Below are positions 17,972-28,094 of a DNA stretch of 64,000 bases, piece after piece. The translations under genes were made by a program, and so were the position numbers. Numbering within the stretch: the stretch's first letter is position 1; every line of letters starts with the position of its first letter. The stretch is taken from positions 1 through 64,000 of IMG/VR virus record IMGVR_UViG_3300028840_003271; one strand, written 5' to 3'. The DNA is from a virus. Under the pieces are notes generated by a model that saw only the letters and a program-made list of their open reading frames with translations, was not told where the DNA came from and made no database searches.

Positions 17972-18342
17972 TTCAATAAATCAATTTGTCCTTTATCGAG
18001 AACTTTTTTAAGAGATGCTGATTTTTTTGTTCTGTGGTCTATAACTAAACCAGATTTATAGTTGTAAGTTCGAATCGTTTTTGTGTTATGAATTTTATAA
18101 TCTCGATAGTTCTTTTTTTTAATATTCTTTTCTTGCTCAAAAAATTCTTTTACTTTTTCTTTTAATGTTTGTAATGCTACTTTTTTATTTCTGTGTTGAT
18201 TTCTACCATCAATAGTAACATGAATACCGGTTGGTAGGTGTGTAGCTTTTACAGTCGAACTTGTTTTATTTTTATGCTGACCACCAGGACCCTTACCTTT
18301 AGTATATTCAATTTTAATATCTTTTTTGTTTATTAAACTCAT
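17968..18342 (-). CDS. Stand-alone RF-1 domain peptidyl-tRNA hydrolase (GGQ)
   Basis: GKGPGGQHKNKTSSTVKATHLPTG, RNQHRNK, IRTYN...DHR; lacks the codon-recognition domain. Confidence 0.85.
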   Translation of the reverse strand: MSLINKKDIKIEYTKGKGPGGQHKNKTSSTVKATHLPTGIHVTIDGRNQHRNKKVALQTLKEKVKEFFEQEKNIKKKNYRDYKIHNTKTIRTYNYKSGLVIDHRTKKSASLKKVLDKGQIDLLK

Positions 18343-18911
18343 TCTAAATCACTTGGTTTTATTGGTTCAGCACATTTACCACCACACTCTTGACATTTTG
18401 GTTCTAAATTAACTTTAGGAAGTTCTATATTTATGTATGGGTTTTTATCATATTTGTCATTAGATTGAATAACGGTTCCAGGACCAACATTAGGTATATA
18501 TATTTGATCACCCTCTTGAATAGTCCATGAATTTTTGTGTGTATAAACTCCGCCCTTATCGGTTTCATGTCGAACAATATCTTTTGGATCTAAAGGATCT
18601 ATCCAATAAATTTCTAAACAAATCGTATCTTCTATTGCTCGAAACTTATGTTCAATTTCTGGTGGAACATCAGTAAACATACCGTCTGTAACAGTAGTAA
18701 TATCATCGTCATTTTCCATATATAATACAACTTCAAGTTTACCACTGATTACATAAAATCGGTTCCATTTTGCTTTATGTTTATGTCTTGAGCACTCATA
18801 TCCAGCATTACTACGAATAATATGAACTTCAGATGTTGGTCCTTCAAATATACATTGTGTGGTTCCCCATCGTTTGGACTGAAATGCCCCTTGTAAAGTT
18901 TTATGTCCCAT
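18339..18911 (-). CDS. Cupin-domain protein (sugar isomerase-like) with C-terminal extension
   Basis: KRWG..SRHKH..KWNRFYVISG...PPEIEHKF. Confidence 0.8.
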   Translation of the reverse strand: MGHKTLQGAFQSKRWGTTQCIFEGPTSEVHIIRSNAGYECSRHKHKAKWNRFYVISGKLEVVLYMENDDDITTVTDGMFTDVPPEIEHKFRAIEDTICLEIYWIDPLDPKDIVRHETDKGGVYTHKNSWTIQEGDQIYIPNVGPGTVIQSNDKYDKNPYINIELPKVNLEPKCQECGGKCAEPIKPSDLE

Positions 18912-19048
18912 TATCTTACTCTCATATCTATTTCCAGTAAATCCTCGTTATTGTAGAACTTTGTACCAAGAAAAGCCCTAAATATATAATTACTCTTAAC
19001 AGACAATTTTCCACGAGTTTTTTAAGAAATTTTCTGTTTGTTGTTCTA

Positions 19049-19870
19049 TCATACCCAATCAAATTTAGGTCGGTGTTTTTGTAATTTTTTTAAAAGTCGT
19101 TTTTTATAATAAATAATTCTACGTAAAATTGGTTCTGAAATTTTAATATTGTTATTTGAAAAATATTCTCTCATCATATATCTAGGAATAATACGATTTA
19201 AACTTAAGCGTGGATGTTTGTCGATTGAGAGTAAAACATAATATAACATTCTAAAAAAGATATTACTATATATATCCATATCAGTAGATGTACCAACAGC
19301 AAACTGGTCAATATTTTGATAGAATCTTGGTATAACAATAGTTTTATTTTTGACTAAATCTAGTATAGATTGTGTAAGCGATTCTAAAAATAAGTTGTCA
19401 AACCGATTACGTATAACATATTTATATTTGAATGATAAACGCTCTTCGTGTGTAAGTTTAAGTTGATTTACTTTCCAAATATTATAAAACATTGCTAGAT
19501 GATTATGTATACTTGTTCCAGCACATTTATTACAAAAGAAACTTTTTGATTGACACCTACAACCGTTTTGAAAATTTTTGAATTTACTCAAAGTATACAA
19601 ATTATTTTTTGTTTCTTTTGTATATGGATAATAAGAACAAGATATTGGTTTATATAGAGATATTAGTTCGTTGATATTTACGTTTGGTTCTTTTATTTGT
19701 TTTGGTTTTTTTATGAGCGGTGGAATAACAAATTTCCAAGTAACAATAAAAATATCACAATCATAATTTAATTTTTTGAGAGGAAAAAGTATGTGTTGCT
19801 CAAATGACGGATAACACTTTGTATATTCTCGTGGAGAGCCAGATATGCAAATAGCAACCTTGTTATTCAT
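19049..19870 (-). CDS. Putative glycosyltransferase, 'AICISG-PR / IRxRFD' family, paralog 1
   Basis: KVAICISGSPR, MFYNIW, YVIRNRFDN, DQFAVG; paralogous to 28095 and 37165. Confidence 0.65.
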   Translation of the reverse strand: MNNKVAICISGSPREYTKCYPSFEQHILFPLKKLNYDCDIFIVTWKFVIPPLIKKPKQIKEPNVNINELISLYKPISCSYYPYTKETKNNLYTLSKFKNFQNGCRCQSKSFFCNKCAGTSIHNHLAMFYNIWKVNQLKLTHEERLSFKYKYVIRNRFDNLFLESLTQSILDLVKNKTIVIPRFYQNIDQFAVGTSTDMDIYSNIFFRMLYYVLLSIDKHPRLSLNRIIPRYMMREYFSNNNIKISEPILRRIIYYKKRLLKKLQKHRPKFDWV

Positions 19871-20709
19871 TATTGTATATAACTTACTAAATATGGTTTA
19901 GAATAACCTTCTTTATACCACACTGCTCCCAAATTTTTTAACCAAGATACATATAAACCAAGATTTTTATGATAGGAATTTGGTACAACAACAACACTTC
20001 TTGGATAGTTGTTTTGACTTATTATTAAAGCAAGTATAGCAAAATGACAACGATCAGTAACAATTGTTCTATATTTTGATGCTAAATTAGCATATTCTTC
20101 GAGAGTGTTACATTTTTGAACAGGGTCTCCAAGATTTTCTTTTCTATGAATAATGCCTTCGTGAGTTCTTGTTTTTAACCATATACCAACGTCTTCTGTT
20201 GGTTCTGAAACGGGTTTTTTCCATTCTAAACCCAATCCTAAATCTGGTGCTAATTCAGCACCTTTATAAAACTGTTGACTGAAATATTCACGAGCATACA
20301 CTTTATGGTAGGGTAAATCTTCTTTACCAAGAAAAGATTGTGGTAATATTGTAACTTTTTTACCCGTTTTAAGTGCTTTAATTCTTGCTTTAAGGTGGGT
20401 AGTTGTGTGTAATTTATGTGTGGGTGGATAAGTAATATCAATGGGTGGTGAATGAATTCCTTTACCCATAACTCCACCACCACTTACAGCATATTCATCT
20501 ACAGAATTAAATCTTTTTTCGTTCCAATTAAGTTCGTGTCCTTTAGGAATATCAAATTTTATATAATTAATATTAAATTTTTTCAATAATTGAAACATCC
20601 CTTGTTTATGAACTTCGTCACTAACAGAACCCCGATTGACTATAAGGCCAATTTTTTTATTTTGTAGAGGAGTAAAGATGGGTTCAAATTTTTCTAGTGG
20701 TAATAACAC
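19870..20709 (-). CDS. Polysaccharide pyruvyl transferase family
   Basis: SGGG, ILPQSF, YARE, APDLG, IVTDRCHFAI, NSYHKN. Confidence 0.8.
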   Translation of the reverse strand: MLLPLEKFEPIFTPLQNKKIGLIVNRGSVSDEVHKQGMFQLLKKFNINYIKFDIPKGHELNWNEKRFNSVDEYAVSGGGVMGKGIHSPPIDITYPPTHKLHTTTHLKARIKALKTGKKVTILPQSFLGKEDLPYHKVYAREYFSQQFYKGAELAPDLGLGLEWKKPVSEPTEDVGIWLKTRTHEGIIHRKENLGDPVQKCNTLEEYANLASKYRTIVTDRCHFAILALIISQNNYPRSVVVVPNSYHKNLGLYVSWLKNLGAVWYKEGYSKPYLVSYIQ

Positions 20710-20719
20710 TGTGTTTCCT

Positions 20720-21031
20720 TTAAATTTTTATTACAATATCGTAAAATTTGTCTGAATTATTATTAGCAAAATCTTCGTTTACTATATTAATATTTTGATT
20801 AGACCCGTCTGAAAATAATGTATGGTTGGTGTGCTTTTCAATTATTGGAAAATATGTTATGAGATTATATTCTTGAATATATTTTTCAAATAAGTTTACC
20901 GTTTCGTCTAATGGGTGATACAAACTACGACAAATCAACAAACCGTCTCCATCACCACAAGCACTAAATACATGCCGAGTTAAACAATCAAACGTTGAAA
21001 GTAATAAGTCGTTTTTTCTGTTGTGATCCAT
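20720..21031 (-). CDS. Hypothetical protein
   Basis: 103-aa ORF. Confidence 0.55.
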   Translation of the reverse strand: MDHNRKNDLLLSTFDCLTRHVFSACGDGDGLLICRSLYHPLDETVNLFEKYIQEYNLITYFPIIEKHTNHTLFSDGSNQNINIVNEDFANNNSDKFYDIVIKI

Positions 21032-21034
21032 CGT

Positions 21035-22063
21035 TTATTTTTTTCTCTTTAATATTTTAAGTATACACGGTTTAATATGTTGCCACGCTTCTCCAGATTT
21101 TAATTCATCTGGTGACCATTCAGCATATGCTGTGTCATAAGCCCATTGTTGTCTTAATTCGTCATTCGGAATATATGGATTATTTATTGTTGAAATGTCG
21201 TGACTAGTGATATTATAAACCATAGAACCTTTATCGTGTGTGATAACTGGAATACCAGCAAGTGTAGCGTCTACACCAACATTTGAATTAAATGTAACTA
21301 CACACCAACAGTTTTCTAAATCCTTTTCTAAACCATTAAGTTTATTGTTGTATGCCTGATAGTGTGGTAAATTTTTAATTTGTTCTGGATTTTCGTTTTG
21401 ACTAATAATAATGTCGTCGTAATGAAAAGCAATATAAGCTAGACATTCCCAGTGTTTTAAAATTTTGTCTGTAATTTTGTCATAAATGACAGCTTTCCAT
21501 TCTTTTGCTGGTAGTGGTAAACGAGCTATTGCTATATTTTTTGGATGTATTCGATAAATAATTGGTCGATTGGTATGTTGTCGTATATTCTTTATAGTTT
21601 TATAAACCCAATCTGTAAAATCAGTGTGACATACCGAACTATCAGTTATAACTTGTTCAACAACTAAAATATGTTCACCATCTTTTCTCCAAGACTTCAA
21701 TTCCATATTAAACTTTTTCCATCTATCCGATGGGCTGTTTTGATTACAAAAATTTGCTCGACCATTAAGACCATTAATTCCAACAGAAAAACACGACCCC
21801 TTTTTAAGATATCCACCTTCAATAATAATATGTGGTTTTTTAAAATCTCTATGATGTTTTTGTAATAATCGTTTTATGTTTTTTTTGGTATTACATAAAG
21901 GTTTATATGTTCCGTGTGTTACTAATATATTACAATTATAATATTTACTAGTTCTTACTTGACGTTCAAATAAATATACATTTTTGTCTAAAGATAGTCC
22001 TTGTAAAAAAGAATGAATTTCGTCTTGTATATTATTTGAAACATAAGCTCCGATTGTTAACAT
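21035..22063 (-). CDS. Capsule-synthesis (KpsS/KpsC-like) GT-B glycosyltransferase, paralog 1
   Basis: IEGGY, NGLNGRANF.N.NSPSDRW, Q..TDSS, YRIHP, VVTFNSNVGVDA..GIP, AYAEW. Confidence 0.65.
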   Translation of the reverse strand: MLTIGAYVSNNIQDEIHSFLQGLSLDKNVYLFERQVRTSKYYNCNILVTHGTYKPLCNTKKNIKRLLQKHHRDFKKPHIIIEGGYLKKGSCFSVGINGLNGRANFCNQNSPSDRWKKFNMELKSWRKDGEHILVVEQVITDSSVCHTDFTDWVYKTIKNIRQHTNRPIIYRIHPKNIAIARLPLPAKEWKAVIYDKITDKILKHWECLAYIAFHYDDIIISQNENPEQIKNLPHYQAYNNKLNGLEKDLENCWCVVTFNSNVGVDATLAGIPVITHDKGSMVYNITSHDISTINNPYIPNDELRQQWAYDTAYAEWSPDELKSGEAWQHIKPCILKILKRKK

Positions 22064-22713
22064 TTTTTAATAAGATAAAAATCTAGATGTTTTCGTTGAA
22101 CTAATTGTTTTCCGTGTTGTGTACAACCTTCAGGATAACCCTTTTTGTTATAATGCTGAGGATATCCCAATAATATCATTCCATACGGTTGATATGTTGA
22201 AGGTATTTGGTAATTTGATAATATGTTTTTCCATGGTTTTTTACCATGGTCGGTATTGTCCATTTCACTCCATAATGATATCCAGCACGAACCAATACCT
22301 TTAGCGGTTGCTAATAATAGTATGTTTTGAATTGATGCTGCTACATTTTGTATTGATAAATTTTTCCATAATTTTCCTTGTGCTCCTTTAGAAGTGTCAG
22401 CAAAAACAATAATGATTATTGAAGCATCTCCCATCCAATTATGTTTTATATTAGATAAACGATAACGATTTAATGTAAAATCTGAAATTTCTCTTTTATC
22501 ATTTAAAATTAAAAACCGCTGATTTTGACTGTTTGAACCAGAAGGGGCATAAATTCCTGCTTCAATCAAATCTCCTAAATCTTTTGGTGAAATTTTTTCA
22601 TTATTAAATTTACGAACAGAACGACGATTTAAAATAACTTCTTGAACTATTTTTGCTTTATCCGGTGGTTCTGGATATGACATATCGTACTTACCTTTAT
22701 TAAATATGCTCAC
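22057..22713 (-). CDS. Nitroreductase family protein
   Basis: RRSVRKF, APSGSNSQ, QNILLLATAKGIGSCW, LGYP. Confidence 0.9.
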   Translation of the reverse strand: MSIFNKGKYDMSYPEPPDKAKIVQEVILNRRSVRKFNNEKISPKDLGDLIEAGIYAPSGSNSQNQRFLILNDKREISDFTLNRYRLSNIKHNWMGDASIIIIVFADTSKGAQGKLWKNLSIQNVAASIQNILLLATAKGIGSCWISLWSEMDNTDHGKKPWKNILSNYQIPSTYQPYGMILLGYPQHYNKKGYPEGCTQHGKQLVQRKHLDFYLIKKC

Positions 22714-22715
22714 GA

Positions 22716-23303
22716 TTACAATCGTCCTCTTTTATTGATGAAGCCTTTATTTATAAAAAATAACCCATGTCGTTTTATCCAATTTTTATGAGTTCTAACA
22801 CACTTCTTTTTTATTTGTTCAATATCTTTTTCGAGAAAAGAAAATCCTATATTAGTTATTTTTTTTATCCAATATTCTGGATGTTGTTCGTTTACATGCC
22901 ATCCATTACTCTTGTTTTTTCTTGGTATTGGTGGTGGAGGATGTGCGGTTACCACTAAATATTTACAACAAGAAAAATCATTTAATACATTTAAAACATA
23001 TTGTTCTTCTAAATGTTCCAAAAATTCAATCGACCAACACAAATCAAAATAATTTTCATTACTTAAAAATGAACCAGTTCGATAATCATGAATTATAGTG
23101 TGTGGATTTTTAGTTATTGCTCTTTTATCTCCATCAACTCCAACCCAACTAACATTATATTTTTTAGCAAATTTTTCCACACCACCCTGCCCACATCCCA
23201 TATCAAACATGGATTTAATATTATATTTTTTAATTATATATTTAAATACTGGTTCGTCCATCCATGTTTTACCAGGTAGTTGTGATATTGGTTTTAATGC
23301 CAT
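22716..23303 (-). CDS. Class I SAM methyltransferase
   Basis: FDMGCGQG, FDLCWSIEFLEH, HVNEQ..YW. Confidence 0.85.
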   Translation of the reverse strand: MALKPISQLPGKTWMDEPVFKYIIKKYNIKSMFDMGCGQGGVEKFAKKYNVSWVGVDGDKRAITKNPHTIIHDYRTGSFLSNENYFDLCWSIEFLEHLEEQYVLNVLNDFSCCKYLVVTAHPPPPIPRKNKSNGWHVNEQHPEYWIKKITNIGFSFLEKDIEQIKKKCVRTHKNWIKRHGLFFINKGFINKRGRL

Positions 23304-23893
23304 TTTCTATTTCTTTCTATTTCTTTATATTTATCTATTACTTCCATTTCTCGATTCCAAACTATTCCTAAACCAGTAAATTCTTGTAATAATATATAAG
23401 GTTTTTTCCATGCAAACGCTCGAAAAATTGAACCGACTTCTGCCATATGAACCTGTCCAAATTGAGCACCATTGAGACGACCACAATCGTGAAAAATAAT
23501 AATTCCATTATGACGAACTAATGAAGTATAATTTTGAATGTCGTTGACTACACCCCAAATTGAATGGTCGCCATCAATAAGTAGAATGTCAATTTCTCGT
23601 TTATGAAGTAATTGTTTAACAGTATTAACGGTTTTAGGAGATTTTGAATCACCCAATACTAAATGTGCAGAATGTGTTTTTTGCAAATCTTGAACCGTTT
23701 TTTCCAACTGAAATATTTTTTTACGTCCAATATCTACACTAATTAATAGTCCACCTTTATCTATAATTGGACCAATAGTTCGTAATGAATCTCCTTCCGC
23801 ACCACCAATTTCAACATATGTTTTTTTCTTCTCTATTAATTGAAGAATATGAAGCAATGTTTGTGATTCCCATGGAGTTGTTGCTAGTATCAT
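23294..23893 (-). CDS. Methyltransf_24-type methyltransferase
   Basis: VEIG, GDS, IDILLIDGDH, IIFHD; close paralog of 30654. Confidence 0.85.
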   Translation of the reverse strand: MILATTPWESQTLLHILQLIEKKKTYVEIGGAEGDSLRTIGPIIDKGGLLISVDIGRKKIFQLEKTVQDLQKTHSAHLVLGDSKSPKTVNTVKQLLHKREIDILLIDGDHSIWGVVNDIQNYTSLVRHNGIIIFHDCGRLNGAQFGQVHMAEVGSIFRAFAWKKPYILLQEFTGLGIVWNREMEVIDKYKEIERNRKWH

Positions 23894-23903
23894 TTTTTAC
23901 CTA

Positions 23904-24509
23904 TTAGAATGTATATTTAAAATAATCAATATCTTCTTCAAAATATTTTGCAACCATTTCACGAGTATGGTTATTATAATATTTTCGGTAATGAGGTCTG
24001 GGTTTTTTTATTTTTTTAACAAGTGGATAAAATTTATCTACATGTAATCTTGATAAGATAATTTTCCATATTTTATCCATACCTTCTTCAAATCTAAAAA
24101 CTTCATTAATTATGCATAAACCATTTTTGTTTCTGATATATTCTATTTGTTTTATACGAAAAAAGTGTATATCTTTAACACGACAATTGTTAATTATACA
24201 TTTAATATAATCGTTGAAATTATGAAAAATATTATTTGGATTACATTGTAATATAAAGTTTTGATGATAATGAAATGCTGAAACCATTCTATCCCAAGGA
24301 TTACGTACTATTGTAAATGAATAATAATTGTCTAACGAATCTTGAATTTTGTGTGCTAAGGATATTAGTTTAGGATGTTTTGGTTTAATAGGTGAATATT
24401 GTTTAATAGATTTAATTTCTTTTCTAAACATATATGTTATACTTGTTCCAGCAGTTTTTGGAATATGTATAAATATAAATTTAATATTCTTGTATTGTCC
24501 TATGAACAT
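23904..24509 (-). CDS. Sulfotransferase (Sulfotransfer_2 type)
   Basis: FIHIPKTAGTS (5'-PSB), VRNPWDRMVS (3'-PB), HYRKYY...EDIDYF. Confidence 0.9.
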   Translation of the reverse strand: MFIGQYKNIKFIFIHIPKTAGTSITYMFRKEIKSIKQYSPIKPKHPKLISLAHKIQDSLDNYYSFTIVRNPWDRMVSAFHYHQNFILQCNPNNIFHNFNDYIKCIINNCRVKDIHFFRIKQIEYIRNKNGLCIINEVFRFEEGMDKIWKIILSRLHVDKFYPLVKKIKKPRPHYRKYYNNHTREMVAKYFEEDIDYFKYTF

Positions 24510-25603
24510 TGAAGATTATTAATTGTTAAAGGTTTTAAATGTTGCCAGGGTAAACCCTGTTTCATTTCATCGATTGTCCATTGAGTATAAGCAATGTCAC
24601 ACATTTGTTGAACACGGTCATACATTAGTGGATTTTCAATTTGTGATAAATCATGTCCAGTAATATCATAAACCATTGAACCTTGGTCTAAAGTAATAAC
24701 AGGTATACCAGCAATCAATGCTTCTACAGCACTATTAGAATTATATGTTACTACACACCAACAATTTTCTAAATCTTTATAAAGTTTATAACGATTTTTT
24801 TGTTTACTAATTATAACATTTGGATAACGTTTTTTATATTTATTAAAATTAATAGGATGGTAACATTGTGGATGAGGACGATATATAATTTTTCGAGAAG
24901 TGTGTTGAATAATCTGGTTAATAATATTTCTTATTAGTTTTCTGTAAACATATTTTCTGTTTAAAGATTGTGGTTTCCAATGAGAAAGAGAAGCGTCTTT
25001 ATCACACTGCCCACATACTAAAATGTGTTTTCCATCTTTTCTCCAAGATTGTAGTTTTACTTCTAATTTTTTCCATCTATCCGATGGACTATTTTGATTA
25101 TTAAATTCTGCTCGACCATTTAATCCATTTATACCAACCATATAATATTGACTACGAGCAATATATCCACGCTCAATAACTAATATTGGTCCAGCATGAT
25201 AATTATATAGTTTGTTTTTTTTATTATAATAACCATGAAAAGCATATGTTAATAATACATGACAAGGTTTATATGGTTCTCGTGAATTATATATTTCGTA
25301 TTTTACGTTTTTATCTTTTTTAAAACCTGATACAATTGATAAAATAGATTTATAACTACTAGTCATAAATTTTTTCTTAACTTTTGTTTTATTTTTTATA
25401 GTTTTTTCGTGTTTAGTATAAATATTAATTATAATACATGAATTTATATATGGTAATGGTTTTGGAATAAATTTTGGACGACCACATTTTTGTAAATTAT
25501 TAGATTTGTTTTGTATAATTCTATTTTTAAGTTTTAATTTTTTTATTTCAGTTAATGGTTTTCCACGTTCTCGTATGATACGCATTAATATATATAATTC
25601 CAA
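24500..25603 (-). CDS. KpsS/KpsC-like glycosyltransferase, paralog 2
   Basis: IERGY, NGLNGRAEF, YRPHP, VVTYNSNSAVEA..GIP, AYTQW. Confidence 0.65.
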   Translation of the reverse strand: MELYILMRIIRERGKPLTEIKKLKLKNRIIQNKSNNLQKCGRPKFIPKPLPYINSCIIINIYTKHEKTIKNKTKVKKKFMTSSYKSILSIVSGFKKDKNVKYEIYNSREPYKPCHVLLTYAFHGYYNKKNKLYNYHAGPILVIERGYIARSQYYMVGINGLNGRAEFNNQNSPSDRWKKLEVKLQSWRKDGKHILVCGQCDKDASLSHWKPQSLNRKYVYRKLIRNIINQIIQHTSRKIIYRPHPQCYHPINFNKYKKRYPNVIISKQKNRYKLYKDLENCWCVVTYNSNSAVEALIAGIPVITLDQGSMVYDITGHDLSQIENPLMYDRVQQMCDIAYTQWTIDEMKQGLPWQHLKPLTINNLQCS

Positions 25604-26277
25604 TATTCTAAATCATCTTGAAAATAATTTTCTATAATTTTTTTTGTAAACGATGTAAAATATTCTCGATAATGTTGATTGGTTGTTTTCTTATCAATCC
25701 AAGGTAATGATATATTTTTTAGTCCTAATATTTTACACAATCTGGAAAAATCGTTTTGTAGATTTTCAAATTTTCCAACGAAATCTATGTTTAGAATATC
25801 TGGATATGGTAGATAATTTTCGCTTAAATACTTATAAGCACCCATAAACCCTGTTGGTAAACATTCTACAACTCTTTTCGTTGAATCAAAACAATTGTTC
25901 TCTTTTTGAGGTTGTTTTTTTATCCAATCTATTAACCAAAATTCAAAATTTTTAATACTTTGTTTTTTTCTTATCATTCTTCGTTTATAATTTTCATATA
26001 AACTTACTATTCTATCAAATGGATTACGGACAAAGGAAAATACAAAATATTTTTTAATATCATCGTTATATTGATAATTTAAAATTTGTTTATAATGGTA
26101 ATATGGAATATGATGACCAATATCAAACGACTTATTGTTATAAACATACTTTCCAAATAGTGCTTTGTAAGAAAAGTTGCTGTAATTTTTAAGAGCATAA
26201 TTTATAGAAGCTGATGCCGTTTTAGCAAGACGAATTTGAATAAATGGTGTATGATTATTGTTAATTTTGGATATCAT
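25585..26277 (-). CDS. Sulfotransferase
   Basis: RLAKTASAS, VRNPFDRIVS, FVGKFENL, HYREYF. Confidence 0.85.
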   Translation of the reverse strand: MISKINNNHTPFIQIRLAKTASASINYALKNYSNFSYKALFGKYVYNNKSFDIGHHIPYYHYKQILNYQYNDDIKKYFVFSFVRNPFDRIVSLYENYKRRMIRKKQSIKNFEFWLIDWIKKQPQKENNCFDSTKRVVECLPTGFMGAYKYLSENYLPYPDILNIDFVGKFENLQNDFSRLCKILGLKNISLPWIDKKTTNQHYREYFTSFTKKIIENYFQDDLEYWNYIY

Positions 26278-26363
26278 TAGTATATAAATTGAAAAGTATC
26301 AATGTCTTCTCTATAAAGATGATAAACAATATTTATCAATTTTGGAGTATATTGGAATATACA
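26277..26363 (-). pseudogene. Orphan sulfotransferase C-terminal remnant
   Basis: Reads CIFQYTPKLINIVYHLYREDIDTFQFIY*, matching neighbouring sulfotransferase C-termini; its TAA overlaps the next ATG. Confidence 0.6.
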
Positions 26364-26368
26364 TTTTT

Positions 26369-28093
26369 TTATATATATATTAAATGTTGCCTTGTCCATA
26401 GTTGAAAACTATAAGCAAACATTTTTTGTTTTGGATGATTAAAATCAAAAGATTGAAGGAGAGAAAAAATACCATCATAATATTGTGGAGTTAAAACTTT
26501 TTTCACTCTTTTGTCTACTTGATTAGACCACAACCATTCTTTTTTTGGTATTCCCCATCCACTTTTCTTTTTCTCTAAAATAGATTTTGGTAATTTATTC
26601 TGATATGCTTTTCGTGGAATTTGTTTGGTATCTACCAACTTACCTTTAAAATTACCTTTATGAGAACTTGGAATATTCAATACATATTCTTTATAAAGCT
26701 TTGTTGTAAATGGAAAACGTCCTTCCATGGAAAACCTCATTCCATATCTATCCATTCTTGTAAGTAAGTCATCGGGTATTTTTGTTAAATGTTCTACCAA
26801 TAACTCGTTATTTAATCTGTCTGGACCAAACAACGATGTTGGAAACCATTCTAACAAATATTCTGTAATATTGTTTTTAATTTTTTGTGAAATGTGGTTA
26901 AACGACCATAATTTTACCCAAGTTGATAAAATGTCTTTAAGAGTTTTATCTGGTGGTAAATTTAAATGACAAGCATATCCTGATAAACTTTCGTCTCCAC
27001 CATCTCCAGATAAAGTTACTACTATATCATTTTGTGAAACTATTTTATTGAGTAAATAATATGATGGACAATGAAAATTTCCATGTGGTTCTTCTATTGT
27101 TAAATATGCTTCTTCAAGAAAATTAAGATAATTTTCAAATGACATATACCATTCACGATGGTCAAGATTGAATTTTTGTTTTAATTTTTGAACTTCGTTA
27201 GCATCGCTATTATGATGTTGATTATATTTTGGAATATGTGATTCAAATCTACAAGTAAATGTTTTTACTAAATTTTGTAACTGATATAGTTCATACAATA
27301 TTGTGGTTGAATCTAAACCACCACTTAAAAATAAACCAATTGGTCTACGACCCATTAAACATTGATTTACCGACTGGTTGACTATTGAACAATATTCTTC
27401 TAAATCAAATCGTGTGTTGTTAGAAAGTGGTGAAATTTGTATATACGTATCTAAAAATAAGGCTGGTTTATCGTTTATATGAAAACCTAAAACTTGTCCA
27501 GGATAAAGTTTTTTAATTGATGATACAAAAGTTTCTGGTCCTGGCATAAAACCTAAAGCAGAAAAACATTCAACTGCTCGTGGATTTATTTTTTTATTTA
27601 TATTACAACATTCTAATAAAGTTTGTATACTTGATGACCAAACTAAATTATTATCAACAAAAGTGTAATAAAGAGGTTTTACTCCACTACTATCTCGTGC
27701 TAAAACTAGTTTTTTTTCTTGCTTATCATACCAACAAAAAGTATACATTCCATCAACTTGGTCTAAAATTTTCCATCCATATTCTTGAAGTGCTAAAGCT
27801 AAAATTTCTGTGTCAGACGATGTTTTTGTGTGTATATTTTTTTCTCTCAATAAATTTTGGATGTTTTTATAATTATAAATTTCTCCATTATAAGATAATA
27901 TATACCTATTGTTTACTATCCAAGGTTGTTTTGATTTTTTAGCATCTTCTGTTATTGCTAGTAAATTATGTCCTATTGTAATATTGTTGTCAATATAAAT
28001 TCCACTACCATCTGGTCCACGATGATTAGTAGTATCTATCATTTGTTGAACAAGCAACTTGTTATTTGTTGTTATTCCGTGTATTCCACACAT
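26369..28093 (-). CDS. asnB: Asparagine synthetase-like glutamine amidotransferase, copy 1
   Basis: N-terminal MCGI, HRGPD, NGEIYN, SDTE, LSGGLDS, SGDGGDE, EGRFPF, KKSGW. Confidence 0.9.
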   Translation of the reverse strand: MCGIHGITTNNKLLVQQMIDTTNHRGPDGSGIYIDNNITIGHNLLAITEDAKKSKQPWIVNNRYILSYNGEIYNYKNIQNLLREKNIHTKTSSDTEILALALQEYGWKILDQVDGMYTFCWYDKQEKKLVLARDSSGVKPLYYTFVDNNLVWSSSIQTLLECCNINKKINPRAVECFSALGFMPGPETFVSSIKKLYPGQVLGFHINDKPALFLDTYIQISPLSNNTRFDLEEYCSIVNQSVNQCLMGRRPIGLFLSGGLDSTTILYELYQLQNLVKTFTCRFESHIPKYNQHHNSDANEVQKLKQKFNLDHREWYMSFENYLNFLEEAYLTIEEPHGNFHCPSYYLLNKIVSQNDIVVTLSGDGGDESLSGYACHLNLPPDKTLKDILSTWVKLWSFNHISQKIKNNITEYLLEWFPTSLFGPDRLNNELLVEHLTKIPDDLLTRMDRYGMRFSMEGRFPFTTKLYKEYVLNIPSSHKGNFKGKLVDTKQIPRKAYQNKLPKSILEKKKSGWGIPKKEWLWSNQVDKRVKKVLTPQYYDGIFSLLQSFDFNHPKQKMFAYSFQLWTRQHLIYI

Positions 28094-28094
28094 T

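Noticed and set aside
18912-19052. Possible frameshifted small ORF in the gap
   Set aside because: Two short frames with no recognisable motif; cannot be supported.
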